A stretch of DNA of 61,775 bases, counting the filler, from Choristocarpus tenellus KU-1152 (Eukaryota; Protista; Phaeophyceae): NCBI GenBank assembly GCA_964200185.2. It is 11 parts of 11 records of this genome, joined end to end, with 100 filler letters (N's around TTAATTAATTAA, not from the genome) between each part and the next. Parts side by side here need not be neighbours in the genome. Positions count along the whole stretch, not along the records: positions 6,071 to 15,466 come from CAXNAD020003712.1; positions 15,567 to 20,670 come from CAXNAD020011860.1; positions 20,771 to 29,207 come from CAXNAD020004714.1; positions 29,308 to 33,617 come from CAXNAD020015181.1; 7 more parts are not named here. The stretch is one strand, 5' to 3'. Position numbers and translations under genes: made by a program. Positions 13,501-30,642 of this stretch are shown piece by piece (position 1 is the stretch's first letter; each line of letters starts with the position of its first letter). The notes beneath the pieces were generated by a model, which did not search any database, was not told the DNA's origin, and saw nothing but the letters and a program-made list of their open reading frames with translations.

Positions 13501-15019
13501 TCCCCCCTCCTCACCGGTACACAGCCTGGTATTGCTCATCCGCTTCTTCTAGCGATTCCTCCTTCCACAGCTTGCCTACATTGTTGTAAAGCCTCTCCAC
13601 CAGTCTTTCTACATCCCTGATGCAATCTAACACACGCTTCTCCAGCATGGCTGCCTGCAGCTCTTCCTCTTCGCTTTCAGAGACAGCATCATCCACCACT
13701 TCCACATCTGCCAACATGTAGGGCGGTCCTGATGCCCCGTCGTCAATGCCAACACTTACAATGTGGTGCACCTTTACCCAATGGCGATTGTTTATATTGG
13801 AGCGGTAGCAAATTTCAAGGTCAGTTTTGATGTAGAGCTTAAGAAGGGGGAAGGGAGAGGTAGGGTGGTGGTGGTGGTGGTGGGTGATATTGGGGGTGAG
13901 CTTGTTCCAAAAGATGTTGTCTTGTTTTACGCCAGAAAGATACATTGGTATATATCCATGCAACTTTCGCCTTGAGCATCTTATGCTATGCGGACTTAAT
14001 GCAATCTACAGGTACACGGGTATTGCTCTAGGATACTGGACAACAACGTCACTTCAATGCAGGTGTTGCGATCCTCTAGGCAATCCAAGATGAAGTCATC
14101 ACTAAATACAGCTAGGTGTCAGGGAAACATGGATACACGTGGTGGAGAGGCAGACCTTGAATCTACCAATGGCTATGGAGCGCACGTCCACTGTGCGTCT
14201 TCCGATCAAATCCACACCCTCTTGAGGTTCAGTCCAATCTGTAGGGACGGGAGTCAAGGATTGGGATTAGTCCACGTTTGCCAAGGAGGATCGGATAATT
14301 CAAACATTTTGGAAATGTGACACTTGACTGTACATACCTACTAACGACCCGAGGTCGGAGAGGGAAAAGGAAGGAGATTTGAATTTCACGGATTCCTCTG
14401 CGCTACGCACCTGTCATCTGGGCTATGATTCCGACGTCGCCTTGGCTTAGGGACGTCTTGTTCTCTGACCAATGAGTTGCAAGCGGAGTTAGCACATCGG
14501 TAGAGGAGTAGGAATAGGGGGTGGTAAGACGTAGTGGCACTGGGCTAGATATATATTTATACCGAGACAACGAAATTTACTAGGACAAGTGGGATCCACA
14601 CAATTTACTTTAAACAGATGACTTAAACAAGTATGCACCCAGTCATCAGGATATGCCATGTGCTCACCAACATAGAGAGCTCCAAATAGCTTGTGGTCAC
14701 TGGAATTCACTTCATCGAATAAGTGCAGGTAACGAGGCTCAAATAGACGAAGGTCTATGTGTTCAGTGGGCAGCTTGGCGGCTTTCTTGAATGGGAAGAG
14801 GGGAAGCCTCAACAGCTTCTTCCCAGGCTCATCACAACGTTGTTTCCCATCTGTAGATGCAAACAACTGGAGCACAGGAGCTTCATTCCTTCGCCAACCA
14901 CTTTCACTGACTTCTGGATGGAATCTGAGAAAGCTACGCCCACGAAGAACTGACAATGACCTGGAGTTGAACCCGTCTCCAACATAGGCCAGAGCCAGCA
15001 GGATGAAATACCTGACCAT
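10505..15019 (-). CDS. LON peptidase N-terminal substrate-binding (LON_substr_bdg/PUA-like) domain protein, probably plastid-targeted (exons ~15019-14668, 14464-14411, 14220-14156, 13771-13515, 13413-13332, 11648-11593, 10624-~10505; one internal exon unresolved)
   Basis: Motifs LPLFP...LPTEHIDLRLFEPRYLHLFDEV, GIIAQMT, VRSIAIGRFKV, PYMLADVE, RRQLFSFAV and DRQALLETTDTKKRLRKAL. Signal-peptide-like MVRYFILLALAYVGDG-F followed by an S/R-rich transit-like stretch. The first five exons are phase-consistent. Confidence 0.8.
11400..11571. repeat. Compound (CATA/CACA/CAAA) microsatellite
   Basis: Directly visible; it generates the spurious HTHTY/VCVCMY ORFs. Confidence 0.9.
11870..12110. repeat. Dispersed repeat family C (GGCCC/CCATGG-rich), related to 31690-31900
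   Basis: Shared blocks tccatgg..gttga..ttcaacatgac, ggccagcccag and agtccat...catcaactg.ttcaacg. Confidence 0.55.
12588..12722. repeat. 9-bp minisatellite (ACAGCACTA / ACAACACTA / GCAACACTA)n
   Basis: About 15 directly visible units. Confidence 0.9.
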
Positions 15020-15566
15020 GATGTCGCTCCCACCCATCAGTTTGTCCAAATACTTGCCTGTACAACGATGGTTTCTTCTACATATGAAAACGCTTGTTGG
15101 TCGTCCTTGGCCCTTGGCGAGAGCCTTTGATCTCACACCACAACACTACAACAGAGATGATTTTTGGTGTTGATTTTTGTGTATTGTGTTTGGACATGGA
15201 ATGACGTCTTTATTGGAGTCAGTTTGTTCAGTAAATAGATTTGTGATATACAAACCAATACATACCTACTACTAAAGAACACCTTTCTCTTATTACATTG
15301 ATTGGTCCTATCTCTGAGAAGCATGCGAACCTTACCAAAATATAATTTACCTCGGGTATAATATTTTACGTTATTATTTCTTTTAATTTAAACAACTGTT
15401 GTGTGAATCGTGTGATTCTGTGGCGGCATGGTTCACTCAGGCAAGGGTGGCGAAGAGAATCACTGGNNNNNNNNNNNNNNNNNNNNNNNNNNNNNNNNNN
15501 NNNNNNNNNNTTAATTAATTAANNNNNNNNNNNNNNNNNNNNNNNNNNNNNNNNNNNNNNNNNNNN

Positions 15567-15732
15567 GGGGGGGGGGGGCGAGGTCTACACCAGGGTGTCC
15601 ATTTGGGTCATAACCAGGAAAAGTGCACTTACATTATCCATCCGATGTATGCAACCAAATCGCCCAAATTCTTGACATGAAAAAATTGACCCCAAATGGA
15701 CAGCCTTCACCCCCCCCCAGATACTTTGACTC
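15567..15732 (+). mobile_element. MITE family A copy at contig start
   Basis: Family core plus right TIR cccagatactttgactc. Confidence 0.85.
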
Positions 15733-16777
15733 ACTTGATGGTTTGAGGTAGGGGTAATGATAGGAACTATTTGGTGATGGAATAGTAATGCTGTATACTT
15801 ATGTCTGGGATTAGCATTGTACAATCATACACAGTACTTGTCCAAATTTGCCTAACAAGAGTTTCCTGAGGCTTCCACAATTACACGTGGCTTCAAGTAT
15901 AATTTCGTGAGGGCGGAAGGGAGTATATTTGACTGCATTTGAGTTTTGATAAAGTCTAAGTGGTTGATCAGAGTAGACGGAAGAGATGGCAAGAATCCGT
16001 TGACAACTTACTAGAGCTGGAACTGAGGAAAAAAACAATAGCTGAGATTTTGGTAAGGGAGTAGGGTTGATGTCTAGGGTTAGGTTTATGTTTGGATTTG
16101 AGCTTTGAGGAATGGGGCGATAGGTACACACCTTAGAGGGTCGAATGAGGATGCTGAGCGAGGGTTAGGGCTAGATTGCTGAGTGAACGAATCTTTTTGA
16201 CTCATTGTGAGAAACTCGGTTCTCCATTCGTCATAGTGCTGCTTTTGGTACTATGCCTTCTGTTCATCAACCTTTACACGACTCAAAATGACTTTGAGCC
16301 TGCCCTGTGGGAAGGTGAATTTTGAGTTTGCATTATAGTTTTTGCATCTCTCAGAGTTTATCACTCGCAATGGAGCTAAAGAGGGATTGGTGATACCATC
16401 CATCCTGGAATAGCATTGTGTAAGGGTTGGAATGCCCCTCCATAGAGAAGTGGGCTTCAGTTCACTTAAGCATCCCCACTGATATGCTCAAGCCTGTCCT
16501 CAACTATCTCTATTCCTCTTCCAGGTGCAACACGTAACCCAACACTGCAAACTTCCATTTTGTCAATGACACATGGTTAAGCAGTTCCCCTCAGTCCAAC
16601 CAAGGCATCCAACTTAAACGTTTCTAATCAGCTGTTCCCCACATGCAGATTCCATGACATGCTCTGTGAATGAATATACTCGTGAGGACCAACAAGACAA
16701 TGGACAGAGTCTAAACATCAATAGGAGGGCAGCCAGACTAATCCCACCAGCCTGCCTGGAACCCTGAGCAGTCTCAC

Positions 16778-20560
<3,783 letters not shown>

Positions 20561-21844
20561 CTAAAGTATCTGTGGGGGGGGGGGGGGGGGGGCCTACCCC
20601 CGGGGGCCCGTTTGGGGCAAAACCAGAGAACGGGCCCTCACCCCAACCCCCCCCCACCACCACCAAAAACNNNNNNNNNNNNNNNNNNNNNNNNNNNNNN
20701 NNNNNNNNNNNNNNTTAATTAATTAANNNNNNNNNNNNNNNNNNNNNNNNNNNNNNNNNNNNNNNNNNNNCTTCCTTGGCTCTACGCTGCTCCAGGCGAG
20801 CTGCGCTTGGGCCCGCTCCCTCTGCACATGAGGGGGAAGGGGGGGAGGGAGATCTTTGGGACAAGAATAGTTAGGGTTAGTTAACCTTAACCCTAACACA
20901 CTTACGACTTCAATCGGATATGCCAGGAAAAGTCCTCCCAAAGCATTTGAGCTCGTTGGCACTGGTGTGGAGTAACAAGGAGTTCCATTGCATTTGTTGG
21001 CGTCTGGTTGAACTTGAAAATATATTGCATTTGTATCAGGGTATGGCATCATTCACAGAGGTGCAGACACTGTTTGCCGCAGTTGCATAGAAAAACTGGT
21101 CGGGTTTGCAAGTTTTGCTGGAGCGGTATGACTGCATACTTGAGTGACTGCATACTTGAGTGACTGCATACTTGAGAGATCTGATGGAGCGAGTCCTTTT
21201 TTGCGAATAGGATTCGAGCAGGACCTGTTGAGGCTACAACAGCACTCTTTCAATGACCAGATTGTACCTACTGCTTGGGTACAAGACCACTTTGTCCACA
21301 GGATCGTTTTAGGACCCAACTACTTGAATGATTTAAGAGTAAGCACAGTTGTACAATTCTTACAATTGTTCATACACCCTGGTGAGCCTCCCAACTCAGG
21401 AAAACGCTATCAAAGTATCCTATATCAGTGTTCTATTTGATTTTCATACTGAAATAGTGCAACTGCTTGACCATACGCAAATACACCGAGAACCAATGGG
21501 GAGAGAGGGGGTGTGACCTTGTCGCTCGTTGAATATAAAACCAATGGGATCTCGTCATCAATTCTATGTAATATGCCGAACCAATTCTTCGTATTGGAGT
21601 GCTTGGTTTAGGGTTGGGAGGCAGGGGCAGAGGTGGGAGACGAGGCAGGCAGGGGAGAATATTGCTGTTGAAAATCCTGATCTGACACCCAAAATCGGCA
21701 ACACGCTAGACCTGGTACAAGTAGAAGCACCCTAGAAAAAGGATCATCTCGGCTGCACCTACACTGGTCCTCTTGCAAGGACCTGCTACACCTTAGGTCA
21801 CTCGGATTATGAGGGAAGGATTGTGTAATGTTTTCAAGAATACA

Positions 21845-22605
21845 GGGTTTTGCTCGCCATTGGTGCCGCTACTGTCACTGGCACCGTTTTCCTTCGCAAC
21901 CAAGCTTTCCGCCATGAGTGCCGCATAGAGCTCTGGCTGCTCCTTTGCCAGCTCGGCCATTTCTGTGGCCATCTTGACCAACGCCTCGAACTCTGATGGA
22001 TTCGTTTCCTTTAGTTGCATCAGCTGTAAACCAGGTGTTAATGATGACACAACATGCGCAATACATCAACGGATAAAGGCAGGGGTGGGATACTACGCTA
22101 GTGTCGCAGTCAAGTCGTCACAGCGGAAAAACATTGGACTTCAGATCAAAATAGACCCGTGTCGAGGAACTAAGAGACAGTAAGATGCTGGTTGAGAATA
22201 AATATCTCATGCCACTGTGGCAACACCATCTACAGATATCGAACTGGATATTCCAGCCAGGCAGCAAGGTATAGTTCACATTGGGTTGCCTGATCTACAG
22301 GGGTGTAGCAACTATGCAAGCTAATCTATTCTTCATAGCAAGTACTCCCTAAGGACTACAGAAGGAACGGACAAGTCCACAGAAGGGGATACTGTCTGCT
22401 GTGGTGCTGGGTGGTGCTGGCAAAAGAAATGAACCAACGTGCACACAACCATGGAACAATGCCAAGATATCACCTCCAGAGCATCATGCACACGCTGTTG
22501 CTCATTAGTGTTCGCATCCTCTCCTGTGGGACCACTCTCCCGCACAAAGGAAGATGGCACTCCCGAGCTGGGGCGTATGGTCGGAATGTCGACACTGCAC
22601 GCCAT
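21845..22605 (-). CDS. Hypothetical protein, 5' exons (~22605-22474 and ~22023-21870), divergent from the BART gene
   Basis: GC-rich coding-like exons MACSVDIPTIRP...HDALE|gtgata and cag|LMQLKETNPSEFEALVKMATEMAELAKEQPELYAALMAES; family not recognised. Confidence 0.45.
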
Positions 22606-23171
22606 GGTCAACCAACTTTGTCGTTCAGTGCTGGCGCAAACGGACTATGAGATATCCTCACCGGTTTGCCTTCAACATTAGACTGGTAGTGAGAAAGTCA
22701 ATGAACTTGAAAAACATTCATTATGATGTATAGTACAATGGGTATCTCTTGAGGGCAAGAAGATCTGCAACAGGTTTTCCATTTGTTAACACCAATACGT
22801 TAAACTGGCAGGACCAGGAGCAATTTCACAAGAAACGACGACCTTTTTCCGAAGTAGAATCTCAACTATGCAAATAGCTACCTCCTATCAGAACAGGCAC
22901 GGCCATCCAAAGGGGAGGGTGACGGCATGGTGGATAACCAGATGTGAGCTGAACGAGAGTAGATGGCTCTACAACAACTCCATTTTGACCCTAACCCTCG
23001 ACACGAAACCGTATTTTTGTCAAGGGCAACAAAGAGACAGACAGACATAGAGTACAGTCCAACAAATCGCAAGATTACAAATAAACAAGGCAGAACATTG
23101 ACTGCACTTCTGTACTTTACTTCTAGTGACGGCAAAGAGGGGCATATTATCGCCCTCAGGGGTAGATTAGG

Positions 23172-25793
23172 ATGAGGAAGCGCGGGAATGAGAGCAGGGA
23201 TGAGAGCAAAGAATCGGGAGGTAGAAACGATCTCCTGTCCAGGGCCATCAAATTCTGCTGGGGCGACGAATTCCTCGACGTGTTCAGGGCGTACTTCAGA
23301 AAGTACGCCCACAAGTTCGAGGTGGGTAACGTTATATCGTATGGCAAAGTCAGGAATGATGAATGATAAACCATGCTCATCGTATTCTGTCTATTTTATC
23401 AAATAGTAATAGATTGAAAGCTGGTTTCTGCGGTGTTGGGTCCTCATTGTTCTGGACGTGGTTCATGATCGACACTGCCCATAGCATCCTCTATTTCGTA
23501 TGACGATGAGTACACTGCAACACAGCTTAATTTCCATTCATCCTCTGCCATTGCTCTTATGGTGACATGTCGTAGTGGCTCAGGGTGACACGTTGAAGTG
23601 ATACTGCCCCACAACAATGAAGTCTTTGTGGTAGACATCTTAGCAACATCCATTGCTCACCGCCCTTGTCCAACAGGTAATGGCGGAGGGGAAAACAGAG
23701 GAACACGATCTTGAGTACCAGGAGATATTCAACGAATACCTCCAGTTGTTTGAAGGTTCGCTGGAGGATTTCATAGGTACGAGGAGGGTGAGGAGGTGCC
23801 AGGTGACAATGGTTGCCATATCCTCCTGAATATTCAGGATATCCGACTTGACTTGAGGCTCAAAGTATCTGGGAGGGAGGGGAAGGGTCTATGCCAGAGT
23901 GTCCATTTCAATTATCCATCCGACGCATGGAACCAAACCACCAAAAAATCGCGACATGAAAAAATGGATCCCGAATGGACAACCGTCACCCCCCCCCTCA
24001 GATACTTTGAGCCTTGAACACAGAGAATTTGTGTGTCGCAGCAACATCCCCAAACAAAACAATTCTATGAAATAGTAATTCATGGTCATCTCCCGCATCC
24101 ACCCCAGTATATCTACACTAGTCAATGTGCACCCTTTTCAAAGCAGGGTGGTCCAGCAGCCCTTACGCGAACGGGAGTGCAAGAATATTTAATTCCTCTC
24201 AGCAAGTCCATCCCTAAATACCTCTGTCAAGATCGTTTACGATATGAAACCTCTATATGATTGACCCTTATTTCCTAGACTGGCAATGTGTGATCACCTC
24301 TCAGTCTCTCACATTGCTGTAATAACGTAAAGATGAGGACTATCACTCATATGGTACCTCCTAGCATATCCACAGACAACACCATACCCATTCAAGAGAT
24401 ATTTGTGAACTTGAATTATTGGTGAATGCTTTCCAATTGAGAGGGTTTAACATTCCGTTCGGTGCTCAATAGCCCCTGCCACTCGCCATCTGAGTCCATA
24501 TACCTGTAGCCCCTCGAAAATGTTGACACCATACCACAACCATACAATTAGCTGAAGCCTTGGCATGTCCTGATCCCGGCAGCAAGTGAGGGGAGCACAA
24601 TCAACGAGTTCTATACTGTAATACGAGATCATCAGGGAAGCACAGATCCACAGGTTTGTACTTCTACATTTTTGACAGCCCTTTGCCTCACTAATCTCCT
24701 TCATCAGCAAAGGAAGAAAATGCTAGACAGGCGAAGAAACAAATGGGATGGTGTTGAGTTTAAGGGCCCCTCTGACTTTCTTGTGGCACACATTTTTGGA
24801 GCATACAGTCCACTGTGGAGTGTAGTTGGGCTGTTTCGTAAGTGCACTCAGTTTGCAGAAGAAATTCATCCTTATCTACGCTCTTTATTTCTTATATCTT
24901 CATCTCCTTGTCTTCAAAGCAAAGCTGGAACCCACTCCCATCAGCCAAAACACATGACCCCTCTCTCACAACAGTTAATTTTGCTCAGGTGCGACAGTAG
25001 CAAGTCATTCGTGGATTTACAGAGACTAACCCTAACCCTCCTTGCATTCTGGGTGAAGCACTGAGAGCAGGTGTATGGAACGGAAATCAATATGCATTCC
25101 TTGAGTATTGAGGAAACTATCTCCCTTTGAAGATGGAGATTCTGTACTTAATAGCAGCAGAAGTGCAGAGCTTGACTCACTGAGCCACATGCAATTGATG
25201 GCAATGTGAAGTACATGTCTAATTTGTGGCCATTGAGTGAAAGTATCTTAGAGGGTACGAGTTTTGCCCTGTTTGTCCATTTGGGGCTTGGCTTCCCTCG
25301 GGGGTTGTATGACATTTTCCTTCTCCAAAAAAATTCAGAGTAGGTAAAAAGTGTATGTTATGAAACGATGTGTCCAGAATGAGGATATTGACATCTCCTA
25401 ATAAACACGATAGTCAAAATTACATCGAAATTGCAACAGTGGATTTTGCCCCCCAAATGGACGCGGCTCTACCCTCTAAGATACTTTGACTCCATTCCCA
25501 AACTCATACTGCCCAGTATCGCTGAGTTTAGTATTGACTTGCACTCAGCTCCTTCACTTCTTTTCTCCATGAATTTCGTGCCACAGTTCACACCAATGTC
25601 CTGTGCCCTCCCTACACTCTCCTACTCTCATGCAAAATGAACTGTGTAGGTGCAGCTCTTCATCAAGTGCCTCCTAGCCTCAGCAGACTACGACAGTTTT
25701 TTTAGTGTTATGACCAAGGAGGCGAAGAAATCCCTCAGAGCCAAGGAAAGGGAAGAGGGAAAGTCTTCAGAAGATCGATGGTCTCACAAATAA
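23172..25793 (+). CDS. BART (ARL2-binding) domain protein, CFAP36/ARL2BP-like; complete 4-exon gene (23172-23321, 23677-23776, 24583-24653, 25650-25793)
   Basis: Phase-consistent splicing gives ...EFLDVFRAYFRKYAHKFE VMAEGKTEEHDLEYQEIFNEYLQLFEGSLEDFI ASEGSTINEFY... VQLFIKCLLASADYDSFFSVMTKEA...*, with the typical BART EEHxLEY and DYxxF motifs. Confidence 0.88.
23857..24013 (+). mobile_element. MITE family A, intact copy with 15-bp perfect TIR and 4-bp TSD (TTGA)
   Basis: ttga|ggctcaaagtatctg ... cagatactttgagcc|ttga. Confidence 0.9.
25235..25492 (+). mobile_element. MITE family B, intact copy with 23-bp TIR and 4-bp TSD (CATT)
   Basis: catt|gagtgaaagtatcttagagggta ... taccctctaagatactttgactc|catt. 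Confidence 0.9.
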
Positions 25794-28700
25794 CAGGAGT
25801 CACCACCATCGTTCGGGGAGTGACTGCCTCCATCCTTTCCCAATCACCGTTGACTCTTAAAACCAAATGTCACGAATAATGCTCGTGGGCTCCTGAAAAT
25901 ATCATCCCTAAACTCTCCCTCTCCAACACGTGCCTATATTATATATACACACATGAATACCTACCTGTACACTCTGATTGAGGAAGAGGTTCAACCATAA
26001 GCTGCGAGGCCATGAGATGAGAGTTTTGTCAAGATCTCTAGGATGTCGCAAGTTTGTTACCACTGAGCAACGGCAGTGCAAACAGAACGTTGAGCGTTTC
26101 GGTATTGCTAGTGGGCAACCGAAGAGACGAAGTTCGCGAGTAATAACCAAGTGAACAAGCTTGAAAGTACTCTACACACACTTCATCATGGCATAGGTTT
26201 GTAGGTAATTTATTGTGATGATACTGTTCACAAACGGCCACAAGGAGAGTCTACTTATGACTGTTTGAACAAGACTGGGGCTCTAAGACAAGCTCTGGAA
26301 TACCCTATATATATGAAGTATCCTCCTGACTTCTCTCATGCTATGCAAACATTTGGAATTCACTCTCTACTATTGCAAATCTTAACCACACACTTATCAC
26401 AATATTTGTACCCTTACTCCTGTAGAATAGAAACTTTCAAGGAGGAAAGGTGACTTGACCATAACAGTCTAACACACGACTGCTACAGCTGCGAGGTATG
26501 GGGTAATGTAAGTCGACATGCTGCATTGAGAGCTAGAGCTACTGTCGCTACCAAAGCAACTGTATTGTGGTGATGGAATGACTCTGTAGCAACATCTATT
26601 TGTGAGCCGACACAAGAATGAACGTCAGGTACTTGAAAGTCCACCAAATAGTGTGAGTCATGCTTCATTTATTAGCCCTGGGTTCGACCTTCCCCTTAGA
26701 TTTCCAACCCACATTGAAGGCGATTCTGAAGTATGGAGGTTGAAGATTTGGAAATCAAAATGGACCGCTAGAAAGAAGGCACTATGACTAAACCAGCATC
26801 TGCCAAGTGGGTACCAAGGGATTTGTAACGAAAACGTGCTTCGCAGTACATGGGAGTGAAGAGATACTCGTATTCTCTCCTTGTCCACTAAGTGTTCATT
26901 TAGAAGGGAGAACGGCATGCTTAGAAGTGGTTGCAACACCTATATGCATCGTGCGTGATAAGTCATTTCTGATGGCTCACGTGACTCAGTTACTTGTCTG
27001 CGGGAAAGACAAACCTCTCTGTGATGTATAGAAAGAAAACAAAATCTACCACCTCAGCCCATCCTTATCGAAGTAGACTTCACTGCTGCTGAATATCTTA
27101 TGTGATATTGCTTTCCCCTTGAGTGTCATACTCTACCTTACCAACTCGGAGTAGGTTAAGACAACTGTCAGTTCAACCAGGTTCTATGGAGACAATTCTC
27201 CTCTAACATGCACCAGTGGAAGTGGATTGCACACGACATGACTCTCGCACAGAATCTAACATCAGAGGAAGGGTTTTTTGTTTTTTTTGTGGATTTGGGC
27301 CGAACGCCAGCCAAGGGCCATGTTGAGATTCACAAGGATGTGGAGCTTAGCATGTCACACACAGCGCATTGACCAGACAAATCGAAATTTGTTTATCATT
27401 TTTCCATTCGAAAAAATAATTCCAGATGCAACAGTAATTGACTCTGTTACAAAGACTCTTGCCTGCTACAAACCAAGAGTGCCCCAATCTACCTGGCAGA
27501 GGGGCACTAAGTAGAAGCCAAGAGGTTACTTCTCCTGAAGATATGTGTATGTGTCGGAATACTTCAAGGAAGGAATGGTGGCAAGGAGTATCCTACAGGG
27601 TAAAATTTGTCCATGCCCTTCATCAGGGGATCTCAATCCTTGCTGTCCCCACCAAAAGAGTATGGGCAGGGTTCAGCTGAGCCACCATGATCATCAATGA
27701 CAGCAAACACAAACCAGTGACTGCAACGCACTAAAGGGCAATGGACGATCTATATATTTTTTATTTTTTTTCCTCTTTCTGAATAGAAAGACAAGGGTTG
27801 CTGAGGTGGTAGGTCAAACCAAGTATCACCTATGTGCGAGCATTTTTTTTGTGCTCAATCTGACGCAGTCACTCAAATTGGCTTTGCATCCTTGTCTCTA
27901 GGAGTGCTCTGAGGTGAGTGAGCCCTAGTCGGTCTATCCCTTGCACTTCCCGAAGGTCTCTTCAGGGATGGGGTAGGAGAGAGAGACCTGCTTTTTGAGG
28001 AGGGGAAAGCAGCAGAGGGAGGACATGACGATGATCATGGGTGAATACGGTTTCATCCAAGAATAAACAAGGAAAATCACAAGTATTCATGGGCCCCGAG
28101 ATACACCCCTGGCCACAGGAGAGCTCTTACTTGGAATAAAAAGAACAGATCGTCATTCGTTCTAGGAAGTGGAAGCACTTTGAGCCCACCCTGTATTTGA
28201 TCACATCAGTGTCACACACTGTACCACTTCAAATGTCTCTCCTAAACCTTCTCTATTCCCTTTCCCATACACAGTCAGGGTAACCACTCCCATACAGTCA
28301 GGGTACCCACTTGGACCCTGACCCCCTCCGTCCATTGTATCCAGGGCCCTGTCTCTTTGGTTCTGCGCACTGGCTGGTGTCAGGAATCTTGCTCTCTACC
28401 CCTATCGCTATTCCCCCAGGTTCTTTTGCACCACATTGCCTTCCAGCAGAGGAAATGTCGTGGCTTCTCCTCTCCAACTTAATGCCCTTGGCCTCAAACA
28501 AATCTTGGCTTCCACTGATCTCTCCCACTTGGCCACCAAGATGCATTGGCACCAGGGTTGACCCACCATGTGGGGAAAGACTGCGGCTCTTGTTTCCGCC
28601 TCCGTGAGATATTCTACGCTTTGGTGATAGGAGTGGGAGATCATCACCCTATTGAATGTAGGAAAAAAAAGAATGATGGCAAACAAGGTGAGTACCCAGA

Positions 28701-29378
28701 TCAGGGACAAGTGGCAAACAAGCTGCCGCAACATTTTAAATCAAACAAACAGTATTGAAAACAGATCAATAGACCACTAGAGTGCAGAAAAGATGCTGTA
28801 TCAGGTGCATCCCCTATCGACATACATCATCAGCTGTGCAAGAGAGGCGACATCATAACAAAAGAAAATCCGAACCCTTTCATGGTCATACTTCTTCGAG
28901 AGGTCAACATGAATACCATGAACTATATGCAAAGTGAAACCGATGTATCTCCAACATGGCATGGATTGGATTGCTGTCGTGTTATACTATGCGCGTCTGC
29001 ACCACTGGTCATTGTTTACAAAAAAATAAGATGCAAGGCCAGCAGGCGAAGGTGGAACAACCACTGGAAAAGCCACGCAATGTATATGTTCACTCCACTG
29101 ATGGAAAAAAATACAGCAGCAACACTTCTGTTGTTTTTCACAGAGAAATTTGAGTTGATTGGCACATCTGGGTCAAAGTATCTGGGGGGGGGGTGGTTTT
29201 TGAGGGGNNNNNNNNNNNNNNNNNNNNNNNNNNNNNNNNNNNNNNNNNNNNTTAATTAATTAANNNNNNNNNNNNNNNNNNNNNNNNNNNNNNNNNNNNN
29301 NNNNNNNTTGTTCTTTGTTTTTTTAATTTTTTTTTTTTAACCTACTTCAAAAAAAAAAAAAAAAAAAAAAGAACCCAA

Positions 29379-29420
<42 letters not shown>

Positions 29421-29726
29421 CTCCCCACTCCCTTTTATCCAATACATTCTGACTACACTCAACAAGAGCACCGAGAGATGGCGTCAAACACTAAGAACCT
29501 CGAAATTCTTGCTGGAAGACCAGACAGCATCATTCGAATTGTACGCATTATTGCAAAAAAAAAAAAAAAAAAAAAAAAAAGACAAAATCCCCAAGAAAAG
29601 AAGGAAAAAAATAAACAAAACCGAAGCAAACAAAACCACCACNNNNNNNNNNAGAGAAGGAGACAAACATTACAAACCTAAAAATTCTTGGTGAAAAAAA
29701 AAAAAGAATCAATCGAATTGTAAAAA

Positions 29727-29757
<31 letters not shown>

Positions 29758-30642
29758 CAGAAGACAAGTTCCCGAGGAAGGGAGGGGAATATTTAGTGAG
29801 AACCGGATCAAGCAGAACCGCCATCAAGTACCTACTAAAGAGTACACACGCAAGGAAAAAAAAGAAGAAGAAATCTTCACAACAGCTCCAGGCAGGTTCG
29901 TACAGCCTCTGCAGCGGGCCATGCTCATGGACCACAGTGGTACAGCACGATGACGATTCACTTCAAATGGCACGGACACAATGCCGGCAGAGGGACCACT
30001 GAAAAATGACCCCTCCCCCCCCCCACCCCCCCCAAAAAAAAACAACAACAAAACCATCCACAACAAAGTTATCAGCGAGCACTCAACAACGGTCCTGGGT
30101 TGTAAAAGACCAAGCAAGTGGTCCTGTTCCCGAGCTTACAAACAGTCGAGTCCTGGATTCAAGTGCCTCCACAAACCACAGGTTCTTACTGCAAAGAGTG
30201 GTTCAAGAGATTCATGTGGACAGCAACACAAACGCGAGCGAGGGACTGCAAGCCGGTACCAGGGGAACCGAACCGGGTCAAGTGGAACCTTGAGAGTGTC
30301 TCTCTCACTGTGACCTTTTGCGCCTGCAGGCAGACGGGAGGAGGCTGGCCCTGATCAGGCGTTGTTGAAAATATAGGAAGAGGAGAATCAAACCCTTGTA
30401 TTAGACCTCGGTTCTTGCAAAAATCGAGAGCGAACCCATCGAATCACACAACACATGCTGCTGTATTTTTGTAGGGGAGTGGATACGGTCTGAAGTTCAC
30501 ACGCCTTTGGCATCACCTCACGGCGAGCCACATCAGGTGCTTGTGTATTGTGAACATTCAAACATAGGGCAGAGTTTCAACGCGTTGGCAAATTAATAAA
30601 ATGGTTCTGTCCGTAGTCCGGACCGGTCCCACAGCTATCTGC

